A stretch of DNA of 39,056 bases, taken from positions 1 to 39,056 of IMG/VR virus record IMGVR_UViG_3300032893_000157; one strand, written 5' to 3'. This DNA is from a virus. Both the position numbers and the translations under genes were made by a program. The notes below the pieces were generated by a model, which was not told where the DNA came from, made no database searches, and saw only the letters and a list, made by a program, of their open reading frames with translations. Of this stretch, positions 7,516 to 15,818 are shown piece by piece. Numbering within the stretch: the first letter of the stretch is position 1; each line of letters begins with the position of its first letter.

Positions 7516-9104
7516 GGATCACCGTTTGCCTTATCCCAAGTTGGCCCGTCTTGGTCAATTGGATCAACAATCGCGCCAACAGTCAGGAGTTGACCAGCGG
7601 CACTAACAGCGTTCTCGATTGTTTGAATAACTGCCCTGGTAGCGTCGTAAATGCCAGCTTTTTCTAAATCTATTGGTTCGTCAGTCATAGCTCTAAGATT
7701 AAAGCCAAAACCAGGCTGAGCGTGTTTAATTTGCTCTAAGCGGTAATCAGCTGACTCAGCGGCATTTTCCATTAACTTGCGGAATGTATCTTGTAAAGCG
7801 CCTTTAAACATTGGTGAAATGTCTTGCTGTGAAGCACGAACTAACATCGTGCCACCGCCAGGCAGCACACCATCAGATACTGCACTCTTAGCAGCTTCGA
7901 TTGAATCCTCAACGCGGTAGCGTAACTCTTCCATCTCTACCGGTGTTGAGCCACCAACATTAACAATCGCAATCTTGCCGGTTAGTTTAGAATATCTTTG
8001 CTCTAACTGATCCTTACGGTGTGAGCTGGTTTCAGTTTTCATCAGCTTACGAATAGTGGCTGCACGATCAGTAATGGCTTCAGCTGAGCCAGAGCCTCTG
8101 AATATTACCGCACGATCTTGATTAGCTTGCACGCGTTCAGCGGTACCAAAATACTGAGGATTGAGTTTGCCCTGCTTGTCTAAGACTTCTTTAATATCTT
8201 GAGCAGCCGTAAAAGGTGTACAACCAACGTAAGTCGCGATGTCATCTATAAAGTGAACTGCATCATCACCGTAAGCTGGCGTTGGGATAACGACTGCATT
8301 GAGTTTGCCTTGTAGTACGTTCAACAACAAAGTATTGAGGGCATCGCTGTTCATTTGCACATCACCAACTATAATCAAGTTCTTGTTGTCAGAGTTAATC
8401 ACGCCGGATAGCAGCGGAATAATGTCTGAATTGCTAGCCAGTCGTTTGCTGGTGACAAAGATTTGAGGCTTAGCATACTCAACTTGCTGATTGAGCGCGA
8501 AAAACCCTTTGTCAAAGTAATAACCATTGACCTTCTCAACATCTAGCGTAGGGTAGTTTTGCTCGCGGATCGTAATGCCACCTTCGTTGCCAACCTCTTT
8601 AATCGTATCTGATATAAGAGCGCCGATAGCCGGATCACCAGCGCTAACCGTGGCGACTTCAAGTAGTTTGTCTTTGCCATTTTTACTTTCCTTTTTTAAA
8701 AACTCAATCACTTTTTGACTATCATCCACCAGCTGTTTCTTAATCAACATGCCATTCTCGCCAGCAGCCACTAGTCGATGACCACGTTTGTATAAGTTAT
8801 AGCCTAAGACTACTGTCGCGGTCGTGCCATCACCAGCACTGCGGTTAGTCTTTTCACTAGCTTGACGCAAGATTGCGGCCGCGTTATCCTCTGTGCGATC
8901 CGGCAGCACTACACGTTTAGCCACAGTTACGCCATCGCGCGTAATTGTCGGATCGCCAAAAGGCATACCAAGGATGACATTATTACCGGCTGGCCCAAAG
9001 GTTGAGCCAACTGTCTCGTAGATCTTCTCAGCGCCGGCTAGCACCCTTGCTCTAGCGTCGTCACCATGTAAAATTGTTTTAATTTCTCGCTTAGGTAGAT
9101 CCAT
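7512..9104 (-). CDS. groEL: GroEL-like (Cpn60) chaperonin
   Basis: 530 aa, alignable by eye to bacterial GroEL along its whole length: GPAGNNV, PTITRDGVTVAK, SAGDGTTATVVL, VEDSIEAAKSAVSDGVLPGGG, GIYDATRAV. It lacks the C-terminal GGM repeat tail. Confidence 0.9.
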   Translation of the reverse strand: MDLPKREIKTILHGDDARARVLAGAEKIYETVGSTFGPAGNNVILGMPFGDPTITRDGVTVAKRVVLPDRTEDNAAAILRQASEKTNRSAGDGTTATVVLGYNLYKRGHRLVAAGENGMLIKKQLVDDSQKVIEFLKKESKNGKDKLLEVATVSAGDPAIGALISDTIKEVGNEGGITIREQNYPTLDVEKVNGYYFDKGFFALNQQVEYAKPQIFVTSKRLASNSDIIPLLSGVINSDNKNLIIVGDVQMNSDALNTLLLNVLQGKLNAVVIPTPAYGDDAVHFIDDIATYVGCTPFTAAQDIKEVLDKQGKLNPQYFGTAERVQANQDRAVIFRGSGSAEAITDRAATIRKLMKTETSSHRKDQLEQRYSKLTGKIAIVNVGGSTPVEMEELRYRVEDSIEAAKSAVSDGVLPGGGTMLVRASQQDISPMFKGALQDTFRKLMENAAESADYRLEQIKHAQPGFGFNLRAMTDEPIDLEKAGIYDATRAVIQTIENAVSAAGQLLTVGAIVDPIDQDGPTWDKANGDP

Positions 9105-9355
9105 TATGAAACTGCAACCTCCTCTTTAGGCTCTTCTTTAGGTGGCTCAACTTCTTCAATAATCAGATTGCCATCTTGAATTTCATACTTAGTGTTCTGC
9201 GTGACGGTATAGGCCAACCGTTCAAGCGCAATAAAACTTAGAAAATTAGATAGCTGATTAAAATAACTATCTTGCAAAACTCTGAGCATTTGTTGCTCGA
9301 TTGGTTTTAGGGCAAACTTTTTAACTGACTTGTCGCGGCTTGGTTCTTTACTCAT
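9104..9355 (-). CDS. Hypothetical 83-aa protein between the GroES-like and GroEL-like genes
   Basis: ORF coupled at both ends: ATGA overlap at 9352-9355 and TAATG overlap at 9104. Ends in a Glu/Pro/Lys-rich tail. Confidence 0.55.
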   Translation of the reverse strand: MSKEPSRDKSVKKFALKPIEQQMLRVLQDSYFNQLSNFLSFIALERLAYTVTQNTKYEIQDGNLIIEEVEPPKEEPKEEVAVS

Positions 9356-9681
9356 TTATTATTCTCCGTTACTGATATTAGTCTCCACCATGGTACTAGA
9401 GCATAAGTTTTACCATCCTCAATAAATGTTTGGCCGCCTTCAGCATATTGTTCCCAACGCACTTCTTTGCCAATCAAGGTATCGAGTTCAGCAACTAATT
9501 TCATTATGTCTTCGTCATTAAATCTGAGGCCAGAGCTAGCGGTTAGATGGTATTTATAAACTGAAGCGTCGCGCAAAATACCCGTGCTTTTATCCTCATT
9601 CTCGTCAGCGCGGCTAACGCCATCGTATTCTTTAATAACCTCGATCAAACAATTATTCCCCAGAGGTCGAGTTTTAATCAT
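9352..9681 (-). CDS. Putative GroES/gp31-like co-chaperonin
   Basis: 109 aa. IKTRPLGNNCLIEV resembles GroES IRPLHDRVIVK. A KSTG-containing stretch sits at the mobile-loop position, and IGKEVRWEQYAEGG...YALVPWWRLISV resembles the GroES C-terminal strands. By-eye alignment only. Confidence 0.5.
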   Translation of the reverse strand: MIKTRPLGNNCLIEVIKEYDGVSRADENEDKSTGILRDASVYKYHLTASSGLRFNDEDIMKLVAELDTLIGKEVRWEQYAEGGQTFIEDGKTYALVPWWRLISVTENNK

Positions 9682-10144
9682 TTATTAACTCCAATTTATT
9701 TAGATAAGAAAATTCACCAAACAGCATTTTTGCCGCTTTATTGTATGCTTCAGCGGCTTGGCGTTTAGTTTGGAAATATCCTAAGTGTTTTTGTTTTATT
9801 CGTGCCTGATAAACTCCAAAAGTTTTCTGCCTAGGCACAAACCTGACACCTTTTATTTTAAGTTTACTATCGCAACGAACACCTCTATTAACTCGGTTCT
9901 GATAATCTGTTGCGAACCTGAGATTACTTCGGCGGTTATCCAATTTATCTAAATTTACATGATCTACTTGTTGGCCGGCTATTGGCTTCATTATTTCTCG
10001 GTGCATATATACGGTACTTCTCTTTTTGTTGTTCCTAACAGCGTACCCATAATTATTTAAGCACCACTTATAGCGATACAATGCTTTATAATCTTCATAA
10101 TCAACTATTGCAAATTTGCCTTTAGTTAATTGTATTAGCGGCAT
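9674..10144 (-). mobile_element. Free-standing HNH homing endonuclease with AP2-type DNA-binding domain
   Basis: 156 aa. GKFAIVDYEDYKAL...W...GYA...MHREIM...VDHVNLDKLDNRRSNLRFAT..QN is the HNH_3-type signature. IKGVRF...YQARI...HLGYFQTKRQAAEAYNKAAKMLFGEFSYLN is AP2-like. Confidence 0.8.
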
Positions 10145-10182
10145 CGCTGACTATCCCTCTTAATTACTCTGATTGTAGCATA

Positions 10183-10436
10183 TCAAACTTCAACTCGGTA
10201 ATACTGTTTACAATAGTGGTTTTTACAACGTGCTTCAAGTACAGCTTGCTCAGCTCGTAGCAAGTCAATTGGCACGCCGCCATCATGAATTGCCACAAAT
10301 TTATCGCTGATGCTCATAAACGGATGGCCGCACTCAATACAATATTGATCACGGTACAACTTGCGGTCAGTTGCCTTATATATAAGAGCGATTGGTAATT
10401 GGTTGTATGGTGTTCTAATTGAGACACTAATTTGCA
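10183..10436 (-). CDS. Small Cys4 zinc-ribbon protein (84 aa)
   Basis: Start moved to the ATG at 10436, which overlaps the TerL stop (ATGCAAATTAG). Contains CIECGHPF...CKNHYC. Confidence 0.5.
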
Positions 10437-11122
10437 TACTCTTCACCAGCGTACAGCACGCCAGCCTCTTTGTACATTTGTCTCGGTTGTATGGTTTCCA
10501 CCACGCCAGAATCGCTATCAGGATTGATCGGCTTCTCGCTCTGATATAACTGCCAAGCACCAGCCAGAGCCATCACTAGATCGTCGTGTGCGCCTTGCTC
10601 AGCTTCAGCCTTACCACTTGGTTTGATAACGAAACTAAACAGCTCATTGACTGTCTGACGGTGGTACAGATGTAATAAACCGCCCTCAATGGCGTCCTTA
10701 AGCTCCTGAAGCATTTTAGGTCGCGTGGCCATTGTTGTGTCCCAACCTAGTTTGCCGGTATCAATCATTCGTCCAGTCGGGTCAATATTCTTCATTGAGT
10801 AAATCCGATAGTCTCCATAACGATTAAGCCTGGCTAGGCGATCCATTTCGTATGAGCCGCCGTTTTGACGTTCAAAGGCCACAATCGGGGCAACACCAGT
10901 TGTTTGAGATATTTTAATCAGCTCTTCATGGATCAGCGGTGTGACAAATGAGCCAGTCACGTTAGCATGGTAAACCTCTGGCACATCTAACCATTTATGG
11001 GATAAGAATTGAGCCGCACAATTATCCTCACCGCCAGCAGCCATATCAACAAAGCAGATAACAAACTCGCCATGCTGCCATTCACGAAATCGTTTGAAGC
11101 TCATGTGTTCGTTCCCAAGCAT
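10427..11122 (-). CDS. terL: Terminase large subunit, C-terminal nuclease part (separate ORF)
   Basis: 231 aa. FVICFVDMAAGGEDN and GAHDDLVMALAGAW match the RNase-H-like terminase nuclease acidic motifs. In the +1 frame relative to 11082-11909, with a 41-nt overlap. Confidence 0.75.
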   Translation of the reverse strand: MLGNEHMSFKRFREWQHGEFVICFVDMAAGGEDNCAAQFLSHKWLDVPEVYHANVTGSFVTPLIHEELIKISQTTGVAPIVAFERQNGGSYEMDRLARLNRYGDYRIYSMKNIDPTGRMIDTGKLGWDTTMATRPKMLQELKDAIEGGLLHLYHRQTVNELFSFVIKPSGKAEAEQGAHDDLVMALAGAWQLYQSEKPINPDSDSGVVETIQPRQMYKEAGVLYAGEEYAN

Positions 11123-11909
11123 CCACTTCTTTTAATAATCTAGCCAGCGCTAAGTTTTCTATATATGTTGAACCGGATGTAATAAAGGCTTCTTCAGGTG
11201 ATTCTGGGTATTCCTGCATGAATAGTCGTTCGCCTAGTTCGCCACGCTTTTTACCCAAAAACTCAGCGTCGTACATTAATGAAGCCGGCAAGAATAACGG
11301 TTTAAAGCCAGTCTTGCCCATAACCGTGTCATCCCAAAATGTTTTGCCTTCGTTAAATCCGTTGGCCGTTGATTCAATCATAACTTTACCGTCCGGTACG
11401 ACTGCTTGAAGCAGCGAAGCTAGTAGTTTTTGGAAGTGTGGATAAAAACAAGCTTCAGATAAGTGAGCATTGGTAATAGTTCGTGACCGGCCAAACTCTA
11501 CATTTTGAGCCGTACCAATAATATATTTAGAGTTTCTAGCTGCGTTGTGTAATTCATACTTGGAATCATATTTTAACGGCACTTTGGTATTTAAAGCGCG
11601 TTCATAGCTAGCGATATACCATTTAACCCGTTCCAGTAATCCCTGAGCGTTATCGGCATTGTCGGCTACAATTACGCTAATTGAGTTTTCCCTGAGTAAA
11701 AAGTCTAAGGCAAAGACAGCTAACATAAATGCTGACACACCTTCTTGTCGAGCCTTGAGTGTAAAATCATGGCCGGTAGCATTTGCCACAATATAGTTTT
11801 GGGCAATGTTTAGTTTAAAGGGTACTTCAGTACCGGTCTTGTCTATGATTGTTAGGCGTTTTTCAATTAGGTTTTTGTACGGTTCATAAATTGAGGGCAT
11901 TTTGATCAT
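11082..11909 (-). CDS. terL: Terminase large subunit, N-terminal ATPase part (separate ORF)
   Basis: 275 aa. LKARQEGVS is a Walker-A variant of the KxRQxGxS type, ITNAHLSE is Walker B, ESTANG is the coupling motif, and MQEYPESPEEAF is present. Confidence 0.8.
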   Translation of the reverse strand: MIKMPSIYEPYKNLIEKRLTIIDKTGTEVPFKLNIAQNYIVANATGHDFTLKARQEGVSAFMLAVFALDFLLRENSISVIVADNADNAQGLLERVKWYIASYERALNTKVPLKYDSKYELHNAARNSKYIIGTAQNVEFGRSRTITNAHLSEACFYPHFQKLLASLLQAVVPDGKVMIESTANGFNEGKTFWDDTVMGKTGFKPLFLPASLMYDAEFLGKKRGELGERLFMQEYPESPEEAFITSGSTYIENLALARLLKEVDAWERTHELQTIS

Positions 11910-12222
11910 CCCTCGATATGTTTATAAAATTATTCGTTATGGTACCGCCGATATTAGACTGTTCAGCTTTGCCCTCAAGTCTATCAATTATCTCTTTGTA
12001 GCTGGCTAAGTCACCTTTTCGTGCTTTAATTATTTGTTGTAAGTCTAATTGCTCTAAAACTGTAAAGCCTTCTACTTCGCCCGTTATCGGATTAGTTAAA
12101 TTTTGGGTGATCGTTAAAAGGCGTTTAAGCCTAGTCCGTGTATTTGGGATACCTGCAGGCTTCCCTTTTGGATTTCGGACTTCACCTTTTTTAGCCGGTA
12201 TTAAATTCTTTTCGTTAGCCAT
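11884..12222 (-). CDS. terS: Putative terminase small subunit
   Basis: 112 aa directly upstream of and overlapping terL. The basic N-terminus EVRNPKGKPAGIPN resembles the NPxGRPKG motif of small terminases. Confidence 0.5.
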   Translation of the reverse strand: MANEKNLIPAKKGEVRNPKGKPAGIPNTRTRLKRLLTITQNLTNPITGEVEGFTVLEQLDLQQIIKARKGDLASYKEIIDRLEGKAEQSNIGGTITNNFINISRDDQNALNL

Positions 12223-12229
12223 TGTCTAA

Positions 12230-13396
12230 TCATTCTCTAATCATAGATGTTAATTCTGCCCAATTGTCAGGTAGTTGATTATTGTTTATGAACTTGGCAT
12301 AGCGTTTTCTAATTACGTCTACATATTTAGGGTCTAGCTCCATCATATAACAAGTGCGGTCTAGTTGTTCGCAAGCTATAAGGGTAGAGCCAGAACCACC
12401 GAATAAATCTAAAACTATATCGCCTGATTTGGAGCTATTATTTATTGCCCTCGCCATTAGTGCCAAAGGCTTCATAGTAGGGTGTTCACGACTAGCCGTA
12501 GGGCGGTCTATCTCCCATAATGTAGTTTGAGTTCTGTCACCATAGAATTTATGTGTCCCCTCTTTATTCCAGCCGTAAAGTATAGGTTCATGTTTATAGT
12601 GATAGTCCCCATGACCCATAACTAAGGTATTTTTGGCCCATATTATAGTTGCGGACTGATAACAATACTTTTCAAAAGGTAATAGAAAGTCCTTAAAATT
12701 GTTGCCCGGCGGGCAACAGACATAGAACGCCGCACCAGCTTTTGTGTTTGGTATAAAGTTAGGCAATACTTCGGCCCATATATTTGTGGTCTTATCATTC
12801 TCAATTTTAAGTTTACTTTTTGTTTTGCCCTCATAATCTACACCGTAAGGGGGGTCGGTGAATACCATATCGGCGGCCACGCCATCCATCAAATCACTAA
12901 CTTGCCCAAAATCCGTACTATCTCCACACATAACCCTATGCCGTCCTAATTGATAAATCTCACCTAATTTACTAATAGGTGGTTCGCTAGATACTTCTGG
13001 CGCTTCATCTTCTTCGACTTCGGCTTCTTCTTTAAAACTGTCTGGTAAATCCATGCCCCATGCGTCAAGCTGCTCAGTATCCCACTCGTTAGCTAAGATA
13101 TCCCAATCCCACTCGCCACCAGAAATATTATCTTTAATAATAAATTCACGCTGTTTGTCAAGCGGTAGATCAACTACTTTGACTGGTATCTCTTTCCAAC
13201 CAGCCTCTTGCATAGCCTTGTATCTCATATTGCCACCGAGTATCATGTGATCCTTATTGACTACTACCTCTCTAATCTCAGCCATTTCAGGAAAGTCTTT
13301 TAAGCTTTGGACTAACTTTTTGAATTTGTCATCTTTAATTAGTCGAGGATTATTAGGGTTGGGCTTAATTTTAGTGAGCGGCAAGCGCTGTATCAT
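12230..13396 (-). CDS. ParB-like N-terminal domain fused to a beta-class DNA methyltransferase (N6A or N4C)
   Basis: 388 aa. The N-terminus LPLTKIKPNPNNPR...ILGGNMRYKA is ParB-like. FTDPPYG (motif IV) precedes DLFGGSGSTLIA (motif I). Confidence 0.8.
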   Translation of the reverse strand: MIQRLPLTKIKPNPNNPRLIKDDKFKKLVQSLKDFPEMAEIREVVVNKDHMILGGNMRYKAMQEAGWKEIPVKVVDLPLDKQREFIIKDNISGGEWDWDILANEWDTEQLDAWGMDLPDSFKEEAEVEEDEAPEVSSEPPISKLGEIYQLGRHRVMCGDSTDFGQVSDLMDGVAADMVFTDPPYGVDYEGKTKSKLKIENDKTTNIWAEVLPNFIPNTKAGAAFYVCCPPGNNFKDFLLPFEKYCYQSATIIWAKNTLVMGHGDYHYKHEPILYGWNKEGTHKFYGDRTQTTLWEIDRPTASREHPTMKPLALMARAINNSSKSGDIVLDLFGGSGSTLIACEQLDRTCYMMELDPKYVDVIRKRYAKFINNNQLPDNWAELTSMIRE

Positions 13397-13400
13397 AACT

Positions 13401-13727
13401 TTATTCTAGCAGATGTGGGTAGTATTCCCTGACAAAGCTTTCGTAGTCTCTTGATCCCCTAAGATAGTTGTCCTTATGACAACAAGGTACTAGGTTGCTT
13501 AACTCATAGCGTAGTTCTGGGTAGTGTGATCTGATTTTTAAATGATCTAGCGTACACTCGGCTCTGGTCATGGCCTTACCGCAATAATGGCAATAGTAGT
13601 AGCCGGCATGATCTGGTGGGTTTTGTTCGTACCAGAGTCTTTTAGCAGCTGCCCATTTTAGCTGATGCTTGGTACTCCGCCTGCCATGATCTTCTAAGTT
13701 TCTTAAAGAGTCGGTGATACGATTCAC
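13401..13727 (-). CDS. HNH endonuclease (packaging-associated type)
   Basis: 108 aa; YYCHYCGKAM...LDHLKIRS...NLVPCCHKDN; GTG start. Confidence 0.7.
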   Translation of the reverse strand: MNRITDSLRNLEDHGRRSTKHQLKWAAAKRLWYEQNPPDHAGYYYCHYCGKAMTRAECTLDHLKIRSHYPELRYELSNLVPCCHKDNYLRGSRDYESFVREYYPHLLE

Positions 13728-13888
13728 TCTTTAATTATATCAATTATTCGTGATTAACCTAAGTCTAATTCTTTTTTAGACATTAGTGCTTCAAGTCTTG
13801 ATTTTAGTTCGTCAAATTCTGAATAAGTAAGTACTGGCGGTGCGGCTCGGCTAACTCTATCGCAATGCCCATATATTCACCAACTTTT

Positions 13889-14140
13889 TTACTCATCTTT
13901 ACCTTTCTTGTTAGGTTGGCTCATTTGTAGGTTTTTCAACCATTGCTTATATTCTTTTGTCTGGCGTTCATGATAAAGCTGGTAACGCCCAAAATGTCTT
14001 TTTTCGGCTGTCATAATTCTGCGTTCCGCTGCAATCTCTGCTTCTGTAGGTTGATAATATTTAACCTTGTCGACTTGCCAGTAAACATATGCAATAAAAC
14101 TCAGAAAAGCCACGACTAAAATGCTCGCAATCCAAATCAT
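13889..14140 (-). CDS. Small membrane protein (N-terminal TM helix)
   Basis: 83 aa; MIWIASILVVAFLSFIAYVYW followed by a basic tail. Confidence 0.55.
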   Translation of the reverse strand: MIWIASILVVAFLSFIAYVYWQVDKVKYYQPTEAEIAAERRIMTAEKRHFGRYQLYHERQTKEYKQWLKNLQMSQPNKKGKDE

Positions 14141-14448
14141 ATCGTAAACCCCCTTTTCTTTAGTTCAGCTTTGGCTCGTTGGCGTTGCTCTTGACGCAAT
14201 TGGTTACGGGGTACGATAAACTCGTAACCAGCAATAGAATATCTTACTTTACTACCATCGGATGCAGTTTGCTTTTCGCCAAAGGTTTGTTCATCATCAC
14301 CAATTATTACTCGCTGCATATTTTCTACTAATGTAGTGAGGGCTGGAGCAAATTCTTCTGTTGGTATTATCAAGCAAGAACCTTTATCGCCAACTGTGCC
14401 ACCGTATTTTTCTATTAAGCTATCTACTGTTAAATCAGCTTTACTCAT
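14137..14448 (-). CDS. Hypothetical protein (103 aa)
   Basis: ORF coupled to both neighbours by short overlaps. Confidence 0.55.
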   Translation of the reverse strand: MSKADLTVDSLIEKYGGTVGDKGSCLIIPTEEFAPALTTLVENMQRVIIGDDEQTFGEKQTASDGSKVRYSIAGYEFIVPRNQLRQEQRQRAKAELKKRGFTI

Positions 14449-14827
14449 TGTCTTGCTCTCTTTCCCGTGTCAACGCTATGCGTTTTTTAATGGCGTTTTG
14501 GGCATCGTAGAAAGCTTTGTGGCTGCCCGCAACATAACCTTCTATATAATCATCACTTCGATTAGTGTTAAAACTGTTGGGAATTACGCTACCATTTCTA
14601 CTTAGCTTAGTTTTCTTGGCTGGGCTGGGCATAGGTATTGTGTATAAGGCTCTTAGTACTTCCTCATCTGCGTAACCCTGGATAGCTTTTAGTAGGGTGG
14701 TTTTGCCCTTGACTAAAGTAGCGTTATCTTTATTTAGATATTTGTAGCCTTTTACGCCATGACGAATACCCATTTTGTAAATCTTGTCTAGCAAATCTTC
14801 AATAGTCTGCTCTAGGTCGTTAGTCAT
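14441..14827 (-). CDS. Hypothetical protein (128 aa)
   Basis: Start moved to the ATG at 14827, in an ATGA overlap with the upstream stop. N-terminus MTNDLEQTIEDLL resembles that of the upstream gene. Confidence 0.55.
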   Translation of the reverse strand: MTNDLEQTIEDLLDKIYKMGIRHGVKGYKYLNKDNATLVKGKTTLLKAIQGYADEEVLRALYTIPMPSPAKKTKLSRNGSVIPNSFNTNRSDDYIEGYVAGSHKAFYDAQNAIKKRIALTREREQDNE

Positions 14828-15024
14828 CTGTATATCTCCATACCAGCTTTTGCACCAGCTTGCCACGCCTCAATTATTGCCGTACTTACCAAGCTGTCAT
14901 TCCATAGATGCTCAAGTTCGTACTTGCTCAAAATGTTCATTACGTCTTTTGTACACTGGTCTACTGTCCGTTTTTTAAGAGCCTCTAGTTCTTCGTCTAC
15001 TGTTTGGTCTAGTGAGTTAGTCAT
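14824..15024 (-). CDS. Hypothetical protein (66 aa)
   Basis: Start moved to the ATG at 15024, in an ATGA overlap with the methyltransferase stop. N-terminus MTNSLDQTVDEEL. Confidence 0.5.
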   Translation of the reverse strand: MTNSLDQTVDEELEALKKRTVDQCTKDVMNILSKYELEHLWNDSLVSTAIIEAWQAGAKAGMEIYR

Positions 15025-15818
15025 GCCGCTCCCGAACAAACAAACATATGCCGGCCCACGCCTTCCCAAAAATAGCCATTTAGCTTTATTTCCTTTAGAA
15101 TATTCGGTTTTATTACTTCGTCGGCTTTTTCAGCCCACTGACGCTCATATAATTGTGGAGAGTAGCTATTTATTGAAGCCATGTATTTATCTAAATTCTC
15201 AAGATCGATGTGCACTTTTGAGTTTTGTTTTACATGCTTGTTGATAGCAAAGTACTTCGGCAGCATTTCCAAGGCTTTAATGTTGTCAAAGGCAGCCGTA
15301 AAAGGCTTAACATGCGGTATGTCGAGTAGATAAGTGATCTTGTGGATAAATCCATTGCGGCGCATTGCGTGACCAGCACCGCTAGTTGTGATTATTAATT
15401 CGCCGGCTGGCTTTAGAATCCGCTGGAATTCTTTTAAAGCTTTGTCTTGATCCGGCACATGGTACATCATAAAAAGAGCCAGTATACAGTCCACTGATTG
15501 ATCCGGTATAAAGCTAAGATCCTGGGCAGAGCCTTTAAAAAATTCAATCTCGGCTGGTAAATTGCGTTCAGTTATATCGACGGCTATTAATTTGGCTTCA
15601 GTTTGATCCTGTAAGGCCGCCAGACAAGCTCCGTCACCGCAACCAACATCTAAGATCACGCCATGTGGAAATCTGCTGCTAACATATTCGACAACCTCTT
15701 GGTGCATGTCACGGCCGTCAATAGTGTTTTTATAAATACTAAACCTTGACTTGTATTTATCCAGGGATTTGTATTGGTGCTTCAAATTTACCCCTTGGCT
15801 ATCCAATAATGTTTTCAT
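15021..15818 (-). CDS. Class I SAM-dependent methyltransferase (small-molecule type, not an obvious DNA MTase)
   Basis: 265 aa. Motif I is VILDVGCGDGACL, post-I is LIAVDI, and ILKPAGELIITT follows. No DPPY or NPPY motif. Confidence 0.7.
   Translation of the reverse strand: MKTLLDSQGVNLKHQYKSLDKYKSRFSIYKNTIDGRDMHQEVVEYVSSRFPHGVILDVGCGDGACLAALQDQTEAKLIAVDITERNLPAEIEFFKGSAQDLSFIPDQSVDCILALFMMYHVPDQDKALKEFQRILKPAGELIITTSGAGHAMRRNGFIHKITYLLDIPHVKPFTAAFDNIKALEMLPKYFAINKHVKQNSKVHIDLENLDKYMASINSYSPQLYERQWAEKADEVIKPNILKEIKLNGYFWEGVGRHMFVCSGAA

Noticed and set aside
13728-13888. A protein-like open frame (PVLTYSEFDELKSRLEALMSKKELDLG) in the same frame as the upstream gene, but behind two stops (TAA, then TGA).
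   Set aside because: No ATG, GTG or TTG start is available near its beginning. Read-through of two different stop codons is implausible, and TAA, TAG and TGA all act as stops elsewhere in the window, so recoding is not supported. It remains an unexplained 161-nt spacer.
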